IMG/VR virus record: IMGVR_UViG_3300032782_000001
Span: 244,404-308,403 of that record
Source: a virus
DNA length: 64,000 nt
Reading direction: 5' to 3' (one strand)
Below are positions 20,495 to 27,873 of the stretch, piece after piece. The notes beneath the pieces were generated by a model. That model worked only from the letters and a program-made list of their open reading frames with translations. It was not told where the DNA came from and made no database searches. Both the position numbers and the translations under genes were made by a program. The first letter of the stretch is position 1, and the number at the start of each line of letters is the position of its first letter.

Positions 20495-21430
20495 ATGTTA
20501 CCAAAAGAGGGTCATTGTATTGTGCGCACCATGAATGTTGCTTTTGATATGGAGACTTCAGATCCAGATGACGTCTTCACACTTTGCTTCTTAGCAGGCC
20601 ATCCGGCCGTAAAACTTCGTGCGGTCACAATAACACCAGGTTCCAAACAACAAATAGGACTGGTGAAACATGTTTTAAAAAGGCTCGGATTAGATATCCC
20701 TATCGGAGCCAGGAAACCGGATCACCCCAAATCTTGTGTTTCGGAATTCCATCACAAGTGGTTCGGAAAGATTGAAGAAGCCGTACCCGATGGATTGGGA
20801 TGGGAAATTCTGTCTTCCGCTTGTATGTCGAGCTTCCCTCTAGCAATTGTTACAGGAGGCCCACTTGGGAATCTCGGGGACATGATCGCTAACGGTCGAA
20901 TTCATGAGTTGAGGGGGCTCATCATTCAGGGCGGATTCGCAGGGGATAACGTGACGAAGCCCGAGCATAGGCTGCCAAAGTTTGCTGGACGAGAAACAGC
21001 ACCAACTTTCAATCTAAACGGGGACGTGAAATCTGCCTGGGCAGTGTTAGCATACCCGAAAGTAGCTAGTCGCAGGCTAGTATCAAAAAACGTATGTCAC
21101 GGGGTCATATATGACCAGCCAATGCATGAACGAATGAAGCCCTTCCGTCACGTAAGTGCCGGGATCGGGATGATGATTGAAGGGATGGAAATATACCTCA
21201 AGAATAAGCCCGAAGGGAAAATCTTCCATGACCCGCTGGCGGCTTGCGTGGCCATCGAACCAGAAGTCTGCGAATTCCGCGAGGTAGCAATCTACAGGAT
21301 CAAAGGGGAGTGGGGATCCAAGTTGGAGTCCGGAACCAAAACGTGGATTTCCACTGCCGTGAACCGAGAGCTTTTCGAACAAGTATTGTCTGGTCAACGA
21401 GGCGGCGGGCGAACTGAGTCACTTCCCTGA
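20495..21430 (+). CDS. Inosine-uridine-preferring nucleoside hydrolase family protein (311 aa)
   Basis: N-terminal FDMETSDPDDVFTLCFLAGHP matches the DxDxxxDD calcium/ribose-binding fingerprint. The following VTITPGSKQQIGLVKHVLKRLGLDIPIGA matches the conserved second block of IUNH enzymes. Confidence 0.6.
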   Translation: MLPKEGHCIVRTMNVAFDMETSDPDDVFTLCFLAGHPAVKLRAVTITPGSKQQIGLVKHVLKRLGLDIPIGARKPDHPKSCVSEFHHKWFGKIEEAVPDGLGWEILSSACMSSFPLAIVTGGPLGNLGDMIANGRIHELRGLIIQGGFAGDNVTKPEHRLPKFAGRETAPTFNLNGDVKSAWAVLAYPKVASRRLVSKNVCHGVIYDQPMHERMKPFRHVSAGIGMMIEGMEIYLKNKPEGKIFHDPLAACVAIEPEVCEFREVAIYRIKGEWGSKLESGTKTWISTAVNRELFEQVLSGQRGGGRTESLP

Positions 21431-21708
21431 TCTGCAGACTCTTGTTCTACGAACCGAAGAAACACACGTCTGGCTGCGTGCTTACCGTAGCCAATCCTCT
21501 CCATGAAGGTCTCGAATTTGCTCTCACCCTCATGGAAAGCTGATGAAGTAAAAGTGATCCCGCAAGGACCAGTAGCAGAAATAACTTCAAGTCGATCCGG
21601 ATAAACTGGGTCTACTCGAATTTCCATTCCAAGAGGATGTAGAATCCTCCTATTAATCTCAAACAGGATTCCATCCGCTTCTAAAGTCTGAGGCAAGATC
21701 TCCTTCAC
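21394..21708 (-). CDS. Hypothetical protein (104 aa)
   Basis: ORF track. Divergent from the 21781 gene across the palindrome. Confidence 0.35.
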   Translation of the reverse strand: MKEILPQTLEADGILFEINRRILHPLGMEIRVDPVYPDRLEVISATGPCGITFTSSAFHEGESKFETFMERIGYGKHAARRVFLRFVEQESADQGSDSVRPPPR

Positions 21709-21743
21709 GAGGTCTCCGTTCCATCAACTTTCCAGTTATTAGT

Positions 21744-21779
21744 CTCGCAAAATACGCTCGATCGAGCGTATTTTGCGAG
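21744..21779. promoter_or_regulatory. Perfect 36-bp palindrome ctcgcaaaatacgctcgatcgagcgtattttgcgag ending 1 nt before ATG 21781
   Basis: Read directly; both arms are exactly complementary. Lies in a divergent intergenic region. Candidate operator or hairpin. Confidence 0.5.
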
Positions 21780-21780
21780 C

Positions 21781-22122
21781 ATGGGAGACGTCATCTATGC
21801 CTCCGACGAACATTCTCTCTACGGAGAATTATATCGAATTCTCAATGAGCTGGCTTTGGAAACCGACCTCATGGAAAAGGGTATCATCGTCGGATTCCAT
21901 AGGATCGACAATTCTAACTGCAAATATGTATGTCAAATTCAAGACTGGGAGGGGGATGACAGTCCGATCGAATTTGAAAGGAGAATTGAGAAACTGGTAG
22001 AAGGTAATATTCTCATGATTCGACTCCAAGGACGGGGAGCCGATTGCAGATTTTACGTGATTGCGGAAACCATAGAAGAAGCTTTAGGGAAAATTACCGT
22101 GTTCCAGATCATGGAATCATGA
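21781..22122 (+). CDS. Small protein with C-terminal IMES tag (113 aa)
   Basis: Ends ...VFQIMES-stop. Its stop overlaps the stop of the convergent IMES gene inside a palindrome. Confidence 0.5.
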   Translation: MGDVIYASDEHSLYGELYRILNELALETDLMEKGIIVGFHRIDNSNCKYVCQIQDWEGDDSPIEFERRIEKLVEGNILMIRLQGRGADCRFYVIAETIEEALGKITVFQIMES

Positions 22123-22134
22123 TTCCATGATCTG
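22105..22134. repeat. Perfect 30-bp palindrome cagatcatggaatcatgattccatgatctg formed by two convergent genes that both end QIMES-stop
   Basis: Read directly. Each arm encodes I-M-E-S-stop for the gene on its strand; the stops overlap. Confidence 0.6.
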
Positions 22135-22350
22135 ACGAACAATATGCACATCACAAGAATCGTCTTTCTCGGGCTGACTATTGAAAGACATCATACCGCA
22201 TCGGTCGCATTTCTGTGCAACCATGGCAGGGTCGTATGACCAAGTCATATTAACGTGGACCTCTACAGATTCTTTGTTAGGCTTTTCAGCTCGTACACAC
22301 AGAAATGATTGGTCCTCGCCGTCTACGACATCGCGCCATTTATGATCCAT
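22117..22350 (-). CDS. Zinc-ribbon protein with C-terminal IMES tag (77 aa)
   Basis: CDRCGMM...DSCDVHIVRQIMES-stop. Confidence 0.5.
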   Translation of the reverse strand: MDHKWRDVVDGEDQSFLCVRAEKPNKESVEVHVNMTWSYDPAMVAQKCDRCGMMSFNSQPEKDDSCDVHIVRQIMES

Positions 22351-22365
22351 ATCGGAAGCGTACGC

Positions 22366-22881
22366 TCAATACGAACCGAATGACTCGTGAACTTCAGGCA
22401 TGAGTTCACGGACTTTTTCTTCAGTTCGATGAATATCACACAAATCCCAATGGAAACTGTGATTGACAGAAGCAAATTTCTGCGTCCAGTTTCCACAGAC
22501 GACGCATTGGCGTTGAGTACCAGAATGCATGCCGTCAAGACGCATATGATTGTCAAGTAAATACGAACGGTAGCAAGCTTGAGCTTCTTGCTCTGTCGCA
22601 TGTCCGTCATCGTGGTACTTAGACTGATTGGATTGAATACGTTGCCATTCAGCATCACTCATATGACACTCGGCACGTTTCTCGGGAGTCCAATCGGTTT
22701 TATGACAATACCCGACGGGATAAGTACCGGTCCGTTTGTTCTGACAAGTGTAATCCCAACGTTTATCCAGAGTCCTTTGCCTGGCTGCGTAATAGTTCAC
22801 CGGATACCTCCAGTTAGCAGCGGCAATCAACTTTCCATGACTTCCCAGGCTTTCATGGTCGGGGTCATGACGACCTCCCAC
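22366..22881 (-). CDS. Cys/His-rich hypothetical protein (171 aa)
   Basis: Multiple C/H clusters (CHKTDW...ECHMSD...CVVCGNW...HSFHWDLCDIH). Probably binds metal. Confidence 0.4.
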   Translation of the reverse strand: MGGRHDPDHESLGSHGKLIAAANWRYPVNYYAARQRTLDKRWDYTCQNKRTGTYPVGYCHKTDWTPEKRAECHMSDAEWQRIQSNQSKYHDDGHATEQEAQACYRSYLLDNHMRLDGMHSGTQRQCVVCGNWTQKFASVNHSFHWDLCDIHRTEEKVRELMPEVHESFGSY

Positions 22882-23153
22882 AAGCCTTGTTCATTAGACG
22901 CTATTACGAGATCTTCCCATAAAATACTACAGAAATTTTCTCGGAGTTCAAAAATGGCGTTGGGACAAATCTTGTGATTATCGGCATATCTCGTCAGCGA
23001 ATTAACGAACTCAACAAATACCTTTTCGTTATCAGGATTCCCTACCGGGTATAAGCGCCTCGCGCGCTCCATACATGCGCCCAAGATCCGTGCTTTTTCC
23101 CAGCTGCGGAGTTCTTCGTCTGTTGGTTCAGAAGAATAATGTGTCGCAGTCAT
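22827..23153 (-). CDS. Small protein with C-terminal VMES tag (108 aa)
   Basis: Ends ...KAWEVMES-stop (gtc atg gaa agt tga). Confidence 0.5.
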   Translation of the reverse strand: MTATHYSSEPTDEELRSWEKARILGACMERARRLYPVGNPDNEKVFVEFVNSLTRYADNHKICPNAIFELRENFCSILWEDLVIASNEQGLWEVVMTPTMKAWEVMES

Positions 23154-23554
23154 TCCATCTTCAAGGCCTTACACTGGAAAGAATTGTAATGTTTGGAGTG
23201 GAGCGCCTCATATTGGAACCCACATTGCTCATGCATTGGATTCGGGAAGCTGAATGGAATGAACGCACGAAAAGAGTGAAAGCTGTGGAATTGGGCATAG
23301 GAAGTTATGTAGAATTCCGACGATGTCGACCTACAGGATTCGATTCAATAACTGATATAAAATCTCTTGCAACCGGACGCATGGGGACAGTTTGGGGTGT
23401 GGAAATTATCGCATCCAGATTTAACGCGGAAAACGTGATTGTGTTCGTTTTTGAGGACGATTCTCGAGAAATCCGTGGAAAATGCATGCAAAAGGAAGAT
23501 CACATGTGCGGACACGAAAATTGTCGAGTCGTCCGTGAAGTCATGGAGAGCTGA
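23075..23554 (+). CDS. Small protein with C-terminal VMES tag (159 aa; start may be internal ATG 23189)
   Basis: Ends ...GHENCRVVREVMES-stop (gtc atg gag agc tga). Its 5' end overlaps the divergent VMES gene, so a later start is likely. Confidence 0.45.
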   Translation: MRPRSVLFPSCGVLRLLVQKNNVSQSFHLQGLTLERIVMFGVERLILEPTLLMHWIREAEWNERTKRVKAVELGIGSYVEFRRCRPTGFDSITDIKSLATGRMGTVWGVEIIASRFNAENVIVFVFEDDSREIRGKCMQKEDHMCGHENCRVVREVMES

Positions 23555-23591
23555 TTCCGAAAATCTCGCGAGATTCTAGGTATTCCATCAT

Positions 23592-24023
23592 ATGAACTTT
23601 CCGGAAACCACCATGCAGTCCCAAGCTGATGTGGAAAATATTCTGGCGAAGGTTGCCTTCCGGCCCAGTTGTGTGAACCTCGACTGGAAATGGGAATTGA
23701 AGCCCGTTTATTCGGCTCCTCCCGAATCCGATATTTCAGGATGGCTCATCCGGACCTCATTCGTCAGACCTGACACGGATAGCGGAGAAATCCAGCGAGG
23801 ATTTGGAAGGTGGGAATATGTGGAAAAAGGAACTTCAATCAGCGGAGTTGTGAAAACTTGCTGGCTCCTCGCCGAACTCATCGTACGGCATGAACTCATG
23901 GAAGCTTTCACCTACGAAGGATCGAAGATCTTTGATCCTCATCACGCTGTAGGTATTTTGAAGTCAGCTCAGACCGTTCAGATCATCATGAATCAAAAAG
24001 AGCAAGCAAGCCCAAGCCCATAA
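23592..24023 (+). CDS. Hypothetical protein (143 aa)
   Basis: ORF track. Confidence 0.4.
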   Translation: MNFPETTMQSQADVENILAKVAFRPSCVNLDWKWELKPVYSAPPESDISGWLIRTSFVRPDTDSGEIQRGFGRWEYVEKGTSISGVVKTCWLLAELIVRHELMEAFTYEGSKIFDPHHAVGILKSAQTVQIIMNQKEQASPSP

Positions 24024-24025
24024 AG

Positions 24026-24421
24026 TTAGCTAGACATAACTTCAGTAACACAACATTCTTCATCAGAATGATGATTTCCAGCAACCATCGTTCCGCATTT
24101 CCAACAGAACATCTCGAGGATGAACACGGCAACGGTCCGACGCCCGGAAGTGTCTGCCATATGTTTGGAAATCAATTTCCGCACGTTCTCAGGAAAGAAA
24201 TTATCTCTCGTGCGACTGAAATTCCCGAGGGAAATAGTCCAATGACGATTTTCCACTGGATCAATCATCGTCCCGTCTTTATCGTATCCAACTGACGTCC
24301 AACCCAAAAGAGGTGGGAAAACCCCGGGAATGTCAGCACAAATGACAGAATCTCCTGTGCGCCTGACATGCTCGTGCATATCTTCAAAAAGTTCGCGCAC
24401 AGTTTGGAAGAGAACTTGCAT
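24026..24421 (-). CDS. Zinc-ribbon protein with VMSS C-terminus (tag variant, 131 aa)
   Basis: CWKCGTMVAGNHHSDEECCVTEVMSS-stop. Confidence 0.45.
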   Translation of the reverse strand: MQVLFQTVRELFEDMHEHVRRTGDSVICADIPGVFPPLLGWTSVGYDKDGTMIDPVENRHWTISLGNFSRTRDNFFPENVRKLISKHMADTSGRRTVAVFILEMFCWKCGTMVAGNHHSDEECCVTEVMSS

Positions 24422-24436
24422 TGTAGAGTTGTCTCT

Positions 24437-24904
24437 ATGCCCGTAGAACCTAACCCGTACGATACACCTGAATTGATTGAACTCCGGAAGGGTCAGGGAG
24501 ACCCTCTCATTCTATATCTGATTGTCCGGGAATCACTCGGAATGGGCGTGGGGAAAATTGCGGCCCAATGCGCTCATGCTACTCAAATGGTGATGTTGCG
24601 ACACCTTGAGTTGGAAAGAGACGCATGGGAAAATCAAATGTCACCAGCTCATTCACCGAGTCATGAAGCTGCCCAAAAACTTCGCAGTGTCGTAGAAGAA
24701 TGGCTCCGAACATCCTTCCGAAAAGTCGTCCTAAAGGCTGACGATAAAGAATGGGCAAAAATCAAAGAAACGGTAAACGTCTTCGTCGTTAAGGATGCCG
24801 GGTTGACCGAAGTGGAAGCTGGTTCAGAAACCGTGATGGCGCTCTGGCCAATGCGGAAGAGCGAAGCTCCGAAAATTATCCAAAGACTTCAGGTCCTGAA
24901 ATAG
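24437..24904 (+). CDS. pth2: Peptidyl-tRNA hydrolase, PTH2 family
   Basis: LILYLIVRESLGMGVGKIAAQCAHA and VFVVKDAGLTEVEAGSETVMALWP correspond to the two signature blocks of archaeal/eukaryotic PTH2. Start set at the internal ATG 24437 so the gene does not overlap gene 24026-24421. Confidence 0.6.
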   Translation: MPVEPNPYDTPELIELRKGQGDPLILYLIVRESLGMGVGKIAAQCAHATQMVMLRHLELERDAWENQMSPAHSPSHEAAQKLRSVVEEWLRTSFRKVVLKADDKEWAKIKETVNVFVVKDAGLTEVEAGSETVMALWPMRKSEAPKIIQRLQVLK

Positions 24905-25162
24905 TCAGGATTCCATGACATCACGAACGATGCAATGAGGGCAACCACTCTCTGCCCCATCGTCTGTCATCTTTTTACAAATCGGGCAGGGAGGATCAGG
25001 CCAATCCACAAGCATGGACCGCCGAGGCTGACTAATGTAATCGATAGTCTGCCGGATGGGGTCCGTATTCGGAACGACCAATTTCTTGATAATAGGGAAC
25101 GAAAACTTCTTGAATTCAGGAACGTCAACCATTTCAAGACCCCATGATTTGGGCGACGACAC
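24905..25162 (-). CDS. Zinc-ribbon protein with C-terminal VMES tag (85 aa)
   Basis: CPICKKMTDDGAESGCPHCIVRDVMES-stop. Confidence 0.5.
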   Translation of the reverse strand: MSSPKSWGLEMVDVPEFKKFSFPIIKKLVVPNTDPIRQTIDYISQPRRSMLVDWPDPPCPICKKMTDDGAESGCPHCIVRDVMES

Positions 25163-25299
25163 ATTCTTCTTCTGTATGCACTAATCCACGCTCGACTAAG
25201 AGCCTGCACTTCTCGCAAGAAATCAAAACGACGAATTTCTTCGGGCCTTTCATGTTGACCCGAATCACCTGTGTGATTTCAAATTCAGGACATCGCATG

Positions 25300-25701
25300 T
25301 CAAGACTCCATGACTTGAATCACAACACAAGCTTCTTCGGAATGAAGATGCTCACGACCTTCCAAAATGGTCCTTCCACAATCTAAACATGAATAAATAC
25401 GCATCATGCCTTCTTCCGGCATCAAATCAGACAGTGTCATTTTCTTGAGAGGAGTCGTTTCTAATTCCTGACGGATGGGCATCCTTCCAATAAACTCTGG
25501 CTCGGATTCCCGATAAACCGCCCCCGTAAATTTCAAATTAACCACGTCAGGATTCCATGATGGAGCGAACGGTGCATTCAAGACAACCGAGTTCGGCTCC
25601 GTTATCGGAGTCAAGTAATCCGCAGATCCGACAAGGGACATCTGGAAGTTGACTGACTGGCGAACGCCGTCGGACTTCACCTGCGACCCAGAGACGGTCA
25701 T
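25300..25701 (-). CDS. Zinc-ribbon protein with C-terminal VMES tag (likely shorter, from an internal Met)
   Basis: CLDCGRTILEGREHLHSEEACVVIQVMES-stop. The track ORF overlaps the upstream IMES gene by 155 nt. Starting at MPIRQ... would remove the overlap. Confidence 0.45.
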   Translation of the reverse strand: MTVSGSQVKSDGVRQSVNFQMSLVGSADYLTPITEPNSVVLNAPFAPSWNPDVVNLKFTGAVYRESEPEFIGRMPIRQELETTPLKKMTLSDLMPEEGMMRIYSCLDCGRTILEGREHLHSEEACVVIQVMES

Positions 25702-25798
25702 TGATGTCGGACATAATGCTTCGTCCGAGTTTTGCTCGCTTCTCAGGATCTAGAAGACACTGTTTGACGAATTTGATCTTATCGTCTTCGTGAGACAC
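25547..25798 (-). CDS. Zinc-ribbon protein with C-terminal IMES tag (83 aa)
   Basis: CRICGLLDSDNGAELGCLECTVRSIMES-stop. Confidence 0.5.
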   Translation of the reverse strand: MSHEDDKIKFVKQCLLDPEKRAKLGRSIMSDINDRLWVAGEVRRRSPVSQLPDVPCRICGLLDSDNGAELGCLECTVRSIMES

Positions 25799-26209
25799 TC
25801 ACAACATTACACGCAAAATCCGAAGGGCGCGTGTTACATCATCATCAGATAGGCCTAGGGAGTTATCTACACGGATGAACTCCGGTCCAAAGCCTCCCAA
25901 ATCCCTATCGTCGAGGATCAAGAATTGATCCGGGTGATTCTCTTGTACCCAAGCAAGAATACCCTGGACACGGTCTTCCGCAACGTCCAAAGCCTCGAGA
26001 CGAGGTCCAGTATATCCAGAAGCCCTGAAGATAATTTCAAGCTCGTCCGGTTCAAACCGAATCCGCCAAAGAGAAGTCACGACCACACGAACATGTGGAA
26101 TCGCGGCGAGCTCATTGAGACGAGCTACTAAATGCCGTTCCAAAATTCCTGGTCGAAAAGCTCCACCGAGGTTTAGAACGCCGTCGATGTCCAGGAAGAT
26201 GACTTGCAC
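25799..26209 (-). CDS. HAD-superfamily phosphatase-like protein (136 aa)
   Basis: N-terminal VIFLDIDGVLN is the HAD motif I DxDG(T/V) nucleophile block. Confidence 0.45.
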   Translation of the reverse strand: MQVIFLDIDGVLNLGGAFRPGILERHLVARLNELAAIPHVRVVVTSLWRIRFEPDELEIIFRASGYTGPRLEALDVAEDRVQGILAWVQENHPDQFLILDDRDLGGFGPEFIRVDNSLGLSDDDVTRALRILRVML

Positions 26210-26212
26210 GAA

Positions 26213-26779
26213 CTAAGATACGACGACAGAATCGAGATCTACAAGCTTCAAGATCCCATCCGAAGTCCGCATAACGTTGCCAGGATTCACATCCACGTGA
26301 ACAGTTCCGCTTTCTTCCAGTCTATCGTACAATTCCAAAGCATCGTCGAGAAAGTGGGATCCCATGTATTGCTTGATGGGCTTCCCAGAAATTTTGGCTC
26401 GAACGATAGCAGCAACTTCTTCCGCGTTGTCTGCCGGCTCGAGCTTCTCCATTACGTAGTAGTACGCCCAGCCTTGGGATCGACCAACACCTGGATTGTC
26501 GATCTCGCACAGAACGTCTGCTTCGTAGATTCTCGGATAAACTGTAGCGTCTTTCCCCATCAAACGTTTGATTTCCGCTACACGGTCTCGGGCGTCCTCC
26601 TCGTCAATCGCTACTTGGATCTTCAGAACACGGTCGCCCAAATCATAGACTTCACCCTGCCTTCCTGAACCAAGAAGTTTCCCGAGATCAGGAAAGGACA
26701 CATCACAGGTGTCTTGAACAGCGTCCATCATGCCGCCGGCAAAGATGGTGAGGGCAGTACGATAGAGCTTCATGATCAA
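26213..26779 (-). CDS. Minimal eukaryotic-like protein kinase (188 aa)
   Basis: Gly loop LGSGRQGEVY, VLKI (VAIK Lys), catalytic-loop-like HVDVNPGNVM (HRDLKPxNI) and LVDLDS (DFG-like) in the right order and spacing for a truncated ePK fold. Confidence 0.5.
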   Translation of the reverse strand: MIMKLYRTALTIFAGGMMDAVQDTCDVSFPDLGKLLGSGRQGEVYDLGDRVLKIQVAIDEEDARDRVAEIKRLMGKDATVYPRIYEADVLCEIDNPGVGRSQGWAYYYVMEKLEPADNAEEVAAIVRAKISGKPIKQYMGSHFLDDALELYDRLEESGTVHVDVNPGNVMRTSDGILKLVDLDSVVVS

Positions 26780-26824
26780 GAGAGCTCCATCCAGATGTCC
26801 ATGCTTGGACAGGAAACTAAAGAG

Positions 26825-27040
26825 TTAGCTCTCTATGACGGACCGAATGACACATTCAGGACACCCGTCGTCAGCTCCACCGTCGTTTACGATTACGCCG
26901 CTATCAATTACAAAGATCTTCTTGCAACTCGCACACGGTTTATCGTAATCCCGTGTAGTTCGAGCAGGGAGGGTCATCGCTCGTGCCAGTGCGAGCCTTC
27001 CCGCATGCGTAGAAATGATCTGTGTAATCACGGAGTCCAT
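26825..27040 (-). CDS. Zinc-ribbon protein with C-terminal VIES tag (71 aa)
   Basis: CASCKKIF...DDGCPECVIRSVIES-stop. Confidence 0.5.
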   Translation of the reverse strand: MDSVITQIISTHAGRLALARAMTLPARTTRDYDKPCASCKKIFVIDSGVIVNDGGADDGCPECVIRSVIES

Positions 27041-27259
27041 TCAGAATTCCATCATTTGTATGGCCTGCGAAGCTTTGTGATACCTGATTTGAGTATTTCA
27101 TAACATCGGAGACAATCCCGGTTCCTATGAATTTTGGAGAGTTGTTGGTTACCAAGCTTGAGCGCCCGCTGCCTCGTCGCCGCTTGGACGCGAACACGAT
27201 GGGTCCTCCAGGGGTTACCACCATTCGCCCATATGATCCATTCTCTTAGCTTCATTAAT

Positions 27260-27490
27260 CTAGCTCTCCATCACTTGCATTACAATACACTCTTCCGGAG
27301 AATGATGGTGTCCATATTTGAATGTGAATCCGCAATCGTCACATTTCGTTATTAACGAGATCTCCATGAATATAGGCTGTGGATCCACGTGGTAGACCAC
27401 TAGAGTTTGTGGCTGGAGTTCCATCTTCTTGGGTGGAAGATCTGGTCCATTCCAGCGAATTTCGCCAATATCAAAAGATTCTGGCATCAT
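27260..27490 (-). CDS. Zinc-ribbon protein with C-terminal VMES tag (76 aa)
   Basis: CDDCGFTFKYGHHHSPEECIVMQVMES-stop. Confidence 0.5.
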   Translation of the reverse strand: MMPESFDIGEIRWNGPDLPPKKMELQPQTLVVYHVDPQPIFMEISLITKCDDCGFTFKYGHHHSPEECIVMQVMES

Positions 27491-27774
27491 TCAATAACCT
27501 TGACGAAAGGAATCGATTTAGCTAATTTTACGTATCGAGCCAAAGAGCCGCGAAGGGATTTGGAAGAGCCTGCAGGCAGTTTCACAAACTGAATCTCTAC
27601 GGTCGGATAGAAATCACCGGCTTCCGCATGACATTGGACACTTTGAATGAGTCCAATCGGCTTACCATGAATCTGGACCCTTGTGCATCCAGCGGGGAAT
27701 CCGAATTCCAAAGTCAACGGGCGTGCAACCGCAAGATCAGCTGCCATGGAGAACAATACAAAAGAATCATGCAA
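27487..27774 (-). CDS. Hypothetical protein (95 aa)
   Basis: ORF track. ATG overlaps the downstream gene. Confidence 0.35.
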   Translation of the reverse strand: MHDSFVLFSMAADLAVARPLTLEFGFPAGCTRVQIHGKPIGLIQSVQCHAEAGDFYPTVEIQFVKLPAGSSKSLRGSLARYVKLAKSIPFVKVIE

Positions 27775-27826
27775 CTTCGGTTTGCACGTCCCTACGTCGT
27801 CTCAACCGGAAAGTTGGAATGTCCAT

Positions 27827-27857
27827 TAGCCTACCCGGTTTCTCACCGGGTAGGCTA
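27827..27857 (-). terminator. Strong hairpin (13-bp stem around gcctacccggt/accgggtaggc, 5-nt loop) 17 nt downstream of the 1557-aa gene stop
   Basis: Read directly. T-run only on the plus side. Confidence 0.35.
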
Positions 27858-27873
27858 GGTAGATTGAGCAGTT

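Noticed and set aside
22323-22658. Minus ORF of 111 aa overlapping ORF 22366-22881
   Set aside because: Different frame of the same region. The 171-aa frame has conserved Cys/His clusters and a better gene-junction fit.
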